This document shows, piece by piece, positions 29,995 to 39,290 of a stretch of 64,000 bases of DNA. Source of the stretch: Alphaproteobacteria bacterium (GTDB lineage Bacteria > Pseudomonadota > Alphaproteobacteria > UBA7887); NCBI GenBank assembly GCA_965216755.1, contig CBDCGL010000011.1, positions 3,520,001 through 3,584,000 of the forward strand, read 5' to 3'. How positions within the stretch are numbered: the first letter of the stretch is position 1; each line of letters opens with the position of its first letter. The notes below the pieces were generated by a model. That model searched no databases, had not been told where the DNA came from, and was given only the letters and a program-made list of their open reading frames with translations. The translations under genes and the position numbers were made by a program.

Positions 29995-30220
29995 TCATGC
30001 GTATGCCCTACGCGATCGGACGTTGGGGTCGAGCGCGCCGCGGGTCTTGCCCATATCTTCACCGGTCGTGGGGCTGGCTTCGAAACCTGCAATCGTCGTG
30101 AACCGACAGTTCGTCGCGCTTTGATCAGAGGGGGCTCGATGGCGCATCGTCGGCAACGGCCGTCCTCGCAGCGAAAATCAAGGCCATCCCTGCGAACGCA
30201 GCAATTGACTTGATGTGCAT
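29995..30220 (-). pseudogene. frameshifted secreted precursor with RG-type leader
   Basis: AAGGAAAGG RBS; MHIKSIAAFAGMALIFAARTAVA-DD; shifted frame FTTIAGFEASPTTGEDMGKTRG. Confidence 0.55.
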
Positions 30221-30544
30221 AACGTTCCCTTTCCTTGGAATTACAACTGTTTGGAGGGTGTCGCGTTTGGCGGTGTCGTTTCCCCTTTGTTTGGTTGTGT
30301 GAAGTTGTTCACACATGCACAACACGTGGCGGTTTAAGAAAAGGGTTAGCTGAGCAAGGTAATTTTGTCGTGGTGTCTGTATTCTTGGCGACCCGGCACG
30401 ACGCAAACGTCAAATCGCAATTCGTCTTACGTGTCTCTGGCACCGACGATGCCCTGTGAACCAATTCACAGACGGGTGTGTGATCATGCGATACAACCAC
30501 AAGACTTTCATGGATAAGCAAGCAATGGATGTGGTGCGATGATT

Positions 30545-30763
30545 ATGGGTAAAGACCTTAACGATGCGGTCCACGGCTTATCGGTCGCTTTGGCCGCTTT
30601 GGCACATACTTTGGATGAAAGCGGCGCCTTGCCGCGGGAGAAATTCCAAGAGTCGTTGCGCACCGCTTGGCTCGCCATGCCCGAAGACGACGCGCTCAGC
30701 GAGAAGGGCGCGGTTTTTGAGACGTTGCTTGACGCGTTGGACGCACCGGTCGCCACTTCATAG
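30545..30763 (+). CDS. small helical hypothetical protein
   Basis: 72 aa, protein-like composition (MGKDLNDAVHGLSVALAAL...). Confidence 0.55.
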   Translation: MGKDLNDAVHGLSVALAALAHTLDESGALPREKFQESLRTAWLAMPEDDALSEKGAVFETLLDALDAPVATS

Positions 30764-31098
30764 CAGCGGCGAGACCGAGCGATGGCCGATCAGCCATCGC
30801 TGTGGATTTTTGATGGCATTGTCGCCGGGCCGAATCGAACTAGCGCATACTGATTTGATTGCCAAAATCGGCTCGACGCGTCGCGCGCTCGCGATTGCGT
30901 GACATCCGAAGCAGCGGGTCCACAGAAAACAAGCGAAATCGGTTTTGTTGGCGATCCGGCGCGGCAATCCACGTGAGGGGTGCCGCGACGCGATGCTTGC
31001 ACACTAGGCATGGCGTTGGACAACCTGGCCGACCGTGCCATCGTTGCGGCTGGTTCTGTCAGACTCCAAACGCGCGCCATGTCACAAGGGCCGAGAGT

Positions 31099-31833
31099 TC
31101 AGCCGCGTGGCGGCGGGCCCGGCGGCGCAGTGCCGCTCATCGCAATGTTAAATGTGCCGCGGCCGACTCCGTCAGCTCGGAGATCGCCGACATCGACAAC
31201 CAACATCTCTCTAAGACCCTCGGGTACGGACTGCAAGAGCAGGTCCGTGTCGTTAAGCGACTCGCCGGCAAAATACATTTGCGTGGTCAGCGTCGGGGCA
31301 AACGTTTGATGCACTTTGAAATGGATATGGGGCGGTCGCGTCCAGTTCTCGACTGGGCCGAAATCGACCGGATAGGGACCGGGCTTAACGGTGAGAAACC
31401 GATAACGGCCGTCTTCGTCTGTGGCCAGGCGCCCATAGCCTTGGAAGTTGGGGTCGCGCGGCGCGGGATTGGGGTCGCGCGGATGATCATAGCGGCCGGC
31501 GGCGTTGGCCTGCCACACTTCCAAGACTGCGTGGGGGACTGGTCGGCATTGCTCGTCAAGCACGCGGCCTACGATTTCCACAACCGTGCCGTCCGCGCGG
31601 CCCGAACCGGCCGCGACATTGGTCAGGTCCCAATCCTCGTCCGGCGTGACCAACGGATAGAACGGGCCGGTCATCTGGGTTGGTGTCACCTTGCAGGCTT
31701 GCGCGAATCCTCGGACTGGCGGCAGACCGACAGCAACGCTCGCCAATCCGGCGCCAATGCCGCCCAGCACCCGTCGCCGCGTTTGCATGGATTGTGTTTG
31801 TCGGCCGGGCGTGACAGCGCGCGATATGGTCAT
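31099..31833 (-). CDS. intradiol ring-cleavage dioxygenase (protocatechuate 3,4-dioxygenase-like) with Tat-like signal
   Basis: TRRRVLGG; TGPFY, EVWQANAAGRY, KPGPY, RPPHIHF. Confidence 0.88.
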   Translation of the reverse strand: MTISRAVTPGRQTQSMQTRRRVLGGIGAGLASVAVGLPPVRGFAQACKVTPTQMTGPFYPLVTPDEDWDLTNVAAGSGRADGTVVEIVGRVLDEQCRPVPHAVLEVWQANAAGRYDHPRDPNPAPRDPNFQGYGRLATDEDGRYRFLTVKPGPYPVDFGPVENWTRPPHIHFKVHQTFAPTLTTQMYFAGESLNDTDLLLQSVPEGLREMLVVDVGDLRADGVGRGTFNIAMSGTAPPGPPPRG

Positions 31834-32396
31834 TGTGTCCGCCTCATAGCTGTTGACCTTTGTTCATCAAATCATTTCGCCGATATCGCTGTCACCGATC
31901 CATGTCAGACCGCCCAAGCTCGACGCCGACAAAAGGCGGAAACCATCGCCCAATCGAATGAGGCCAAGGGCGCCGCCAAGGGCGCCGTATGTCACAGCGC
32001 GGCGCGGTGGCACAATTTTGTCTTGGAATTGGCGTTTGGCGCAAGATCCGATTCCACGCAAACTCCGTCCTCATGATGCCTTTGACGATTTTGCGTTTTT
32101 CGACCTCAGCGATGCCAGGTTGCCGTCGCCCTTCGTCGCGGCCGACATATCCGTTTCGCAGCGGTGCGCGAAGTTCATTATGGTCAATAGTGTGCTATGT
32201 ATATGGGGGTGGTGCCCATCAGCCATCAAGCACCGGGCTTGCAAAACCCAAATATGCACGCCTGTGTCGATGCGCCCCGGCGACACTTGGCCGTGGCGGG
32301 CTCCGCCGGTCGGTGGGTCGCGCCCCGAGTCGCATGACAGCTTCGGCATAGCACGGCGAAACGCGCACATCGAACCTCTCACTTTTTGGACATAAC

Positions 32397-33419
32397 ATGG
32401 CAACTGCCTCGACGCGACTCACTGCCGTTGTTCCCTGCTATAATGCCGAGCGCTATCTGGCCGATGCGCTCAACTCTGTTTTTGCGCAATCCCTGCGCCC
32501 CACGCAGGTGATCGTCGTCGACGACTGTTCAACCGATGCATCGCTAAGTATTGCTAGAAAATATCCGGTGGAGATCTTGCGGACGGTGCACAATGTGGGC
32601 CCAGCGGCGGCCATGAATCTTGGTGCGCAGCACGCCAAGAACGATTGGCTCGCGTGGTTGGCAGCTGACGACACCTGGGACCACAATCATTGTCAAACAG
32701 TGTCTCAACTCTTGGATCAGCATTCGGACGCGTGCGTGGCGTTTTCTGCCGTGCGGTTCGGGGGCAACAAATCCGGAACGTGGGGGCCCCGCCTACCGGC
32801 GGGTGTGGCGGTTGAAGCCTTTTGGGATTGCTTGCGCGAGACGGTGGTGCCGGGGATCACAGCCATCGTCCGTCGCGATGCCCACCATGCCATTGGCGGC
32901 TTCGACGAACAAATCCGCTTCGCCTCGGATTTCGATTTCTGGTTACGCTTGGCGCAGCACGGTCGGTTCGTCTGCACCCATGCCGTCACCGCCACGTATC
33001 GTTGGCACGAGCAACAAATCAGCCAAAAACCGCGACGGCAATGGCACTCCGTCTACTTGACCCGCTATCGGCTGTGGCGCAATGCTTTGGATGTGGGCGA
33101 CAAAGAATTCGCAGCGCGCATCGAAACGGTCATGCACGATGCCTGGGAACATGATCTCGGGTGGGCTTGGGATCAACACGCCATGGCCGATTTGCGCTAT
33201 TTGCTGTCGATGCGCATGTTGATGCCGCCTGCGCATCGTATCTTGTGGCTATGGGTGTTGCGTGGGATGGCGCCGACCCCCATGAGATCGGCGTGGTCTT
33301 TGATCCCGCAGCGCACGCGCGCGCGCCTGGTGCCCGGCTGGCTCGCGCGGCGCACGCCGGCATCGGACGGGCATCATCTTGATGGGCGACAAAAGATTTT
33401 CCGGTCACAAACATCGTAA
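32397..33419 (+). CDS. glycosyltransferase family 2
   Basis: VVPCYNAERYL, VVDDCSTD, GGFDE, SDFDFWLRL. Confidence 0.88.
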   Translation: MATASTRLTAVVPCYNAERYLADALNSVFAQSLRPTQVIVVDDCSTDASLSIARKYPVEILRTVHNVGPAAAMNLGAQHAKNDWLAWLAADDTWDHNHCQTVSQLLDQHSDACVAFSAVRFGGNKSGTWGPRLPAGVAVEAFWDCLRETVVPGITAIVRRDAHHAIGGFDEQIRFASDFDFWLRLAQHGRFVCTHAVTATYRWHEQQISQKPRRQWHSVYLTRYRLWRNALDVGDKEFAARIETVMHDAWEHDLGWAWDQHAMADLRYLLSMRMLMPPAHRILWLWVLRGMAPTPMRSAWSLIPQRTRARLVPGWLARRTPASDGHHLDGRQKIFRSQTS

Positions 33420-33516
33420 GGGATCGCCAACCCGCGACGACGTCGCCCGGTTGCGGTGCGTCCCATGAAACGATTGACTGAAAGGCCGCGCGAATCGAAC
33501 GCTCCGGCAGGGCGGT

Positions 33517-34203
33517 TCAATATTGTCGGACAATGCTCTCGGCGTTTCGGGAGCGCGTTGCTTCGGTCAGTTGATCCAGCAGATCAACGACGTCTCGCGA
33601 TGCCTTCTCCATTTGTTCAAATTCCGTCCGCGCTTTGTCGCGGTCGTCAGATTTGTGGTGCCGCGCCGAAGCCTTACCATGGGAATACACACGACTATGG
33701 GGGTCAGCCAATTCTTCCTCTTTCAGACTGTTTAAGCCAACCAACATTTCGGCAAGAGTCTTCTTCCACAGGAAATGATCCGACTTTGCCCTATGCTGAA
33801 CGTAATTTCGGATCGCAGGCTTCTCCAGGTTCAAAAACTGTTCATTGACCAACGATTCGGATTGACCGACCGCTTCGATCGTTTGTGCGACGTTGTTTTT
33901 GGTTCGTGCCGCGATCGTTCCGACGATAGCCAGACCTTTCGATATTTCCTTTGTCGCTTGGGTTTGCTCGGAAACCGAAGCGTTAAACTCAAGCGAGCGC
34001 TGTGCGCTGGACTGAACGCTATTCCCGATGACACGGAATTCATTGCCAACCGCGTCGATAAGCGCCCGACCTTTGTCAACCGTCGTTGCACACTCCTCCA
34101 TTGCGGCTTCAAACTCCGACATCTCAATTTGCGGCGAGCGGATTTTCTGTCGAATGTCGTCGGATGCCGCGTGTGTTTGGCCGGCGAGGCCCTTGACCTC
34201 GGC
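33517..34203 (-). pseudogene. 5'-truncated methyl-accepting chemotaxis protein with internally deleted CZB domain
   Basis: AEVKGLAGQT..., EQTQATKEI, KSDHFLWKK, ASRDVVDLLDQL; no credible start. Confidence 0.75.
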
Positions 34204-34285
34204 GCGAGATCGATGGGCTCCGACTCTTCGGGTCTGCAACATGCGATACACGACGACATGTCGGCCCAACAAATAAGGATACGCC

Positions 34286-35242
34286 GTGACCAACAAACTT
34301 ATCGGTATCTCTTGCGTCGTCGGTGCGGGCGTGGCGTTTACGACCAACGATATGGCGATCAAGTGGCTGAGCGACGAAAATCCCCTGCATCAAATCGTTC
34401 TGGCGCGCGCGTCAATCGCGCTCTTGCTGACATTGGCCATTTTGGTGCCCTTAGAGGACGGCTACCGCAATCTATTGACTTCCCGGTGGTACCTTCACTT
34501 GCTACGTGGTGTCGTGATTGTCATCGCCAACATGGCGTTCTTTCTCGGCCTGGCCTCCCTGCCCCTGGGGGACGCAACGGCAATTTTCTTTGTCGCACCG
34601 CTTTTTATTACGGCTCTATCGGCGCTCCTGCTGTCGGAAAAGGTGGGGCCGCGACGTTGGGCGGCGGTATTGGTCGGGCTGGTCGGTGTCCTCGTCATGC
34701 TGCAGCCGGGCCGCGCCGCTTTTCAATGGGCGGCACTGTTGCCGCTCGTCGCTGCGTTCTGCTACGCCGTCATGCAAATCCTGACGCGAACCCTGGGGAC
34801 AACCGAGAGCGCGTCGACGATGGCCGCGTACATCCAAATATGCTTCGTGATGGTCAGCGGCACGTTTGGACTTATTTCGGGCGATGGCGCCTTCGCGACA
34901 CCTGATGCCGGCCCCCAAATGGAATTTCTCCTCCGTGCCTGGATTTGGCCCGGGCCATATGATGCGATGGTGATGGCCGGTATTGGCGTCTTGGGCGCGA
35001 CCGGGGCGTATCTTATCAGCCAAGGGTATCGCATCTGTGAGGCCGGTCTGGTCGCACCGTTTGAATACACCGCCCTTCCTCTGGCAGTCTTTTGGAGCGT
35101 TCTGGTGTGGCGGGAATGGCCGGACGCCGTCACCTGGATCGGCATCGCGCTGGTCTGCGGTGCCGGGCTTTATGTGCTCTATAGAGAATCAGCACGCGGC
35201 CAGAAAATCGTCCTTCGCCGGCCGCTGATTCGAAACCGATAG
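34286..35242 (+). CDS. DMT/EamA family transporter
   Basis: About 10 TMs; FVAPLF, EKVGPRRW, VAPFEY. Confidence 0.9.
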   Translation: MTNKLIGISCVVGAGVAFTTNDMAIKWLSDENPLHQIVLARASIALLLTLAILVPLEDGYRNLLTSRWYLHLLRGVVIVIANMAFFLGLASLPLGDATAIFFVAPLFITALSALLLSEKVGPRRWAAVLVGLVGVLVMLQPGRAAFQWAALLPLVAAFCYAVMQILTRTLGTTESASTMAAYIQICFVMVSGTFGLISGDGAFATPDAGPQMEFLLRAWIWPGPYDAMVMAGIGVLGATGAYLISQGYRICEAGLVAPFEYTALPLAVFWSVLVWREWPDAVTWIGIALVCGAGLYVLYRESARGQKIVLRRPLIRNR

Positions 35243-35481
35243 GGGGCTATGTGAAAAAAATGAAACCTTGTCATGACAACGGCTGAACGCCGGACCCACT
35301 GCACGCGCCACGACAGTGCGGTTGCGCCAGAAAACGGACCGCTTGGACGATCTTGGCCACGATGCCCCGGTTCTGGACGCGATTTTCTAAGGTACGGTAG
35401 CTGCGGCAATCGTTGGAAAAGGCCCTGAGGCATACGGCCCGCCGCAGCAAATTTGTTTGTATGCCGTGCTAACAAGCGTTT

Positions 35482-35979
35482 CTAACCGTTGGTCAGGCCG
35501 TCGTCGCCGTAGCGTGTCGCCGGACCTTGGCCGCCCGGGCCCAGACGTCCGTCAGCGCCGAAATGGCCTGCGCCGGGGACGTAATTGAACTCCACGCGAA
35601 TGCCGTCGGGGTCTTCAAACAGGATCGAGTAGTAGCCCGGCGCAAAATGCTCGCCAAGCTCCGGCCCATGAATGATTTTTGCGTTCAGTTCTCCTGCAAC
35701 AAACGCGTAGATCGTATCAACGTCCTCTTTCGATCGCGCGCGGAAACAAAAATGGTGGAGGCCGGGCGCATCCTGATCAAATGGCTGCGCGCGTTTGTCA
35801 GGTGGCGCACCGCGAACCAGAATGCCTGTCCGGCTGCCGATGCAATAAACCGCGTCGTCACTGCGCAGCAGCGTCTTCATGTCGAGAAAGTGGCACAGGC
35901 GTTCCCAAAACGGGATACAGACATCAGGAGTCCTGACCGTCAGTTGAATGTGCGCTATGCCGTTCACTTGGACAGTCAT
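35482..35979 (-). CDS. VOC/glyoxalase family protein
   Basis: IAHIQLTV, GLHHFCF, YYSILFEDPDGIRVE. Confidence 0.88.
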   Translation of the reverse strand: MTVQVNGIAHIQLTVRTPDVCIPFWERLCHFLDMKTLLRSDDAVYCIGSRTGILVRGAPPDKRAQPFDQDAPGLHHFCFRARSKEDVDTIYAFVAGELNAKIIHGPELGEHFAPGYYSILFEDPDGIRVEFNYVPGAGHFGADGRLGPGGQGPATRYGDDGLTNG

Positions 35980-36036
35980 TTTGCCTCCCGCCGAGCCGCC
36001 GTGTGACTGGTTGTATGTGCCGCTCTATACAGTGCG

Positions 36037-37695
36037 CTAGGACCTGGCGACCCACTGCCCATAAACCGGATACTGACTGCAAATAACCTCGATATATGCC
36101 GGCCGGCCCTCGTCATTGGCGGCCAAGGCGTCTTGAATGGCGCTTGCAAGCTGACCCGGCTGATCGACCCGCTGCGCGAACAGCCCCAATTCGCCGATGG
36201 CTTTCGAGCTGTCGATTTGGTCATGGCCGACGACTTGATATGTGTAGGGATCGTGGCCTTCCCCCCAGAACCCAGGACCGTAGCCCGCGAAGCCGCCGTT
36301 GCTTATGTGCAAAATGGTCACGCCGATGCGCTCACGCACAGGCACTTCCAGATTGCCTAGCATGTAGCCGACACCGGCGTCGCCGGTCACAGCGATGCAC
36401 TGACGCTGCGGAAACGCGATCTTGGCGGCCAGCGCGGCCGGTAGACTGAAGCCCAATGTCGAGACGTTGCCCCAACCCAGAAAGCCTCTTGGGATCAGGG
36501 TGTCGTATACGGTGCTGAGCTGGTCACGGGTGTTGCCGGAATCATGGGTCACAAAGGACGCCTCGGGGTCCAGGATCTCAGCCAACTCCTTGTAGACCCG
36601 ATAGGGGTTGATGGGTGTTTCGTCGCGCGTCATCGCCTCGCGATATTTGGCAAGCCCGGCGGACCGGCTGGCCCCGACATCGGCCGCCACCGTTCCTGGC
36701 GGCCGGCCGGCATCGCCAGTACGTGCGATTAATTTTGCATTCAACGATTGTAACGCTAACCGGGCATCGCCCAACACGGCATGGGTCACCGGGTGCATTT
36801 TGTTGACATGTTGTTCATCTATGATGCACTGCACGATGGTCTTGCTGGCCGCGTTTGGAATGCCGTGTGAGAAACGACCGGGGGACAAACTGGAACCGAG
36901 CCCGAACACCAAATCGCAGTTGTCAAGATGTTCGGTGACGTGATCCCCGCGCACACCGACGAACAAGGGATGATCTTCGCGCAGAATGCCTTTGGCCTTT
37001 AGTGTCACGACCACCGGCGCGTTGGCGAGCGTGACGAATTGTGCGAATTCCTCTGCCGCTCCTGCATAGATCAGTCCTTCACCCGCGTAAATAAGCGGCC
37101 GCGCCGCGGCGAGTAGATGGTCAATGGCGGCGTCGATATCGGCGGGATCGGGTGCGGTTTTCCAGCCCTTGACCGGTTGGTAGGGATCGGCCGAAAGATC
37201 GAAGGTCGCGTCGGCTTCAGGCACAGCGAGCACCACCGGGCCGGGTCGCCCGCTGCGCAGCTGCGTGAACGCGCGGCGCATGAACTCCGGCACCCGTTCC
37301 GGTTTGTCGATATATCCGTACCATTTGGACACGGACTTCAAACTGGCGGTCAGGTCAAACTGACTGTTCTCGGAACTGCCGGCCGGCACACCGTCGGTGA
37401 GGCAGAGCACCGGCGAGCCGTCTTCGTAGGCCTGCGCGAGCCCGGCATAGGCGACCTGCAGTCCGGCCGCGTTGACCCCACCTTGGACCGTGCAAACGCC
37501 AATCCTTTGCCCCGCCGTCACGCGAGAAAATGCGTCGGCGAGTGCGACGGCGTATCGGTCGTCACGCATCATCAACAGCCGCACGCCTTCGCGACCAAGC
37601 GCGTTATTCACCCTGCACACGGGAAACGTGGAGACCCAATCGATGTTCTCTTGTTTCAGAATTCGCGCGATGGCGGTCGCGACGTCACCCTGCAT
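36037..37695 (-). CDS. thiamine diphosphate-dependent enzyme (acetolactate synthase-like superfamily)
   Basis: RRAFTQLRSGRPGPV; TPP motif GDAG...SNGG. Confidence 0.88.
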   Translation of the reverse strand: MQGDVATAIARILKQENIDWVSTFPVCRVNNALGREGVRLLMMRDDRYAVALADAFSRVTAGQRIGVCTVQGGVNAAGLQVAYAGLAQAYEDGSPVLCLTDGVPAGSSENSQFDLTASLKSVSKWYGYIDKPERVPEFMRRAFTQLRSGRPGPVVLAVPEADATFDLSADPYQPVKGWKTAPDPADIDAAIDHLLAAARPLIYAGEGLIYAGAAEEFAQFVTLANAPVVVTLKAKGILREDHPLFVGVRGDHVTEHLDNCDLVFGLGSSLSPGRFSHGIPNAASKTIVQCIIDEQHVNKMHPVTHAVLGDARLALQSLNAKLIARTGDAGRPPGTVAADVGASRSAGLAKYREAMTRDETPINPYRVYKELAEILDPEASFVTHDSGNTRDQLSTVYDTLIPRGFLGWGNVSTLGFSLPAALAAKIAFPQRQCIAVTGDAGVGYMLGNLEVPVRERIGVTILHISNGGFAGYGPGFWGEGHDPYTYQVVGHDQIDSSKAIGELGLFAQRVDQPGQLASAIQDALAANDEGRPAYIEVICSQYPVYGQWVARS

Positions 37696-37734
37696 TGGCC
37701 CACTCCCGGCGTGTATTGTTGGCTGTGCGGTGCC

Positions 37735-38847
37735 CTACATGTCTGACCGCGGCGCGCTCAGCAAGGTTTCGATCCGGTCCTCGGTCACGCCGACGGTCGC
37801 CGCCGCCGCACAGATCCCGGCCCACGTTTTGTCGGGCAGCGGGATGCCGTCGCGCGTGCGCGCGGCGCGCATTTTGATCTCGGGCTCGCCAGGCATCAGC
37901 ACCTCGCCACCGGCCTGAACCGGGCGTGCCGACTTAGCGAACGTGACGTAGCGCGCCACCTCTTGCGCAAAATCGTCCGCCGCGTCGAAGCGTGCCGCCG
38001 CCATATAGATTGACAGCATATTGTTAGCCAACTTCGGCTCACCGGGCCGCGCCGCGCCGCCGCCGGTTAGCGCGCCGGCCAGCATCTCGCACATGATGGC
38101 GAGCCCCGAACCCTTGTGCAGACCCATGGCGCGGATCGCGCCTTGGCCGGTGCGTTCGGCGGGTGGTTTGCCGTCCACAAACGGGCCGTAAATCACTTCC
38201 GGGTCCGTTGTATAGCTGCCGTCCGGACCGACAAAGGCGCCTTCGGGCAGCGGCTTGCCGCCGCTGATCGCGACCAACACCTTGCCCTCGGCCACGATCG
38301 AAGTTGCGAAATCGAGAATCAGGGGGGGCGCCTTCTCGCGCGGCACGCCGATGACGAACGGGTTGGTCGACATGCGGGCCTCGCTCGCGCCGAACGGAGC
38401 CACGATCATGCCGATGCCAGAGGTGTTGACGAAGTGGACCGAAATCATGCCGTGACTGGCGGCAAGCTCGGCCCAATCGCCGACCCGACCGAGATGTGCG
38501 GCGTTGCGCAGGCCGACCACCGCGACGCCGTGCGCCTTTGCTATTTCGACACCGCGCAAGACGGCCTGCTCGCCGACGGTCTGGCCGAAGCCGAATGCGC
38601 CGTCGACCACGGCAAAAGCGCCGCCGTCGATCACGGTCTCGATCGTGCGGCCCGGAACCACGTCACCCTTACGCACGGCGTTGACGTAACGCGTGGTGCG
38701 GACCACGCCGTGGCTGTCATGGCCGACCAGATTGGCGTCGACCAAATAGCGTGCGACACGGGCCGCCTCCTCGGCGGTCACGCCGGCGGCCGCAAAGATC
38801 GCGCCGACCACGCGGCGCAACGGGTCTGCTTGTATGGTGCGGGTCAC
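37735..38847 (-). CDS. Ldh_2 family malate/lactate/ureidoglycolate dehydrogenase
   Basis: GHDSHG, HLGRVG, STNP, LDFATS, HKGSGL, MPGEPE. Confidence 0.9.
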   Translation of the reverse strand: MTRTIQADPLRRVVGAIFAAAGVTAEEAARVARYLVDANLVGHDSHGVVRTTRYVNAVRKGDVVPGRTIETVIDGGAFAVVDGAFGFGQTVGEQAVLRGVEIAKAHGVAVVGLRNAAHLGRVGDWAELAASHGMISVHFVNTSGIGMIVAPFGASEARMSTNPFVIGVPREKAPPLILDFATSIVAEGKVLVAISGGKPLPEGAFVGPDGSYTTDPEVIYGPFVDGKPPAERTGQGAIRAMGLHKGSGLAIMCEMLAGALTGGGAARPGEPKLANNMLSIYMAAARFDAADDFAQEVARYVTFAKSARPVQAGGEVLMPGEPEIKMRAARTRDGIPLPDKTWAGICAAAATVGVTEDRIETLLSAPRSDM

Positions 38848-38939
38848 GTCTGCCTCGTCTGCGAAGTTGGGGAATCCCGATTCGGTCCATGCTTATGCGT
38901 GGAGTGTGGATCGAACCGGCTTGATGCGCAATTGGCTAG

Positions 38940-39034
38940 GTTTATTTCGGTGACAGTTTACTAAATACACAAAATATTGACACCCAGGGAATCGGTCCGC
39001 GAGATATGGCGTATGCAGGAAAGTGTCACCGAAA
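38940..39034. repeat. 84-bp palindromic element, copy 2 (core 38948-39031), right arm degenerate
   Basis: 38940-38979 is identical to the reverse complement of the copy-3 right arm; right arm 21/26 identical. Confidence 0.85.
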
Positions 39035-39064
39035 CGCGGACTGTCATGCGGCCGTCAGCTGCGT

Positions 39065-39151
39065 TGGTGCCCCCAGGGAGACTCGAACTCCCACGTCCTT
39101 GCGGACAACAGATTTTGAGTCTGCCGCGTCTACCAATTCCGCCACAGGGGC
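39065..39151 (-). tRNA. tRNA-Leu(CAA)
   Basis: GCCCCTGTGGCGGAATTGGTAGACGC...CT-CAA-AA..., long variable arm, GTTCGAGTC, encoded CCA. Confidence 0.97.
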
Positions 39152-39290
39152 TGGGTCGCTTCGCGTGAAGTGGGCGCATGATAGCCAGGCGCGGTGGGCG
39201 GTCAACCAGCCTGTGCGTAGCACCTTTGCAGGGCCCGCCGAAATCGACCCTGGCGCGCGCCGCTCGCGCGCCGTATTAAGGCGGCCAACC

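Noticed and set aside
31850-32396. Intergenic ORFs and 12-bp tandem repeat GCCAAGGGCGCC x2 (31963-31986)
   Set aside because: Only two GC-rich units and no identifiable protein similarity.
35243-35481. Possible IS end or small RNA with GGCATAC/GTATGCC stem
   Set aside because: Short stem, no second copy noticed and no transposase fragment.
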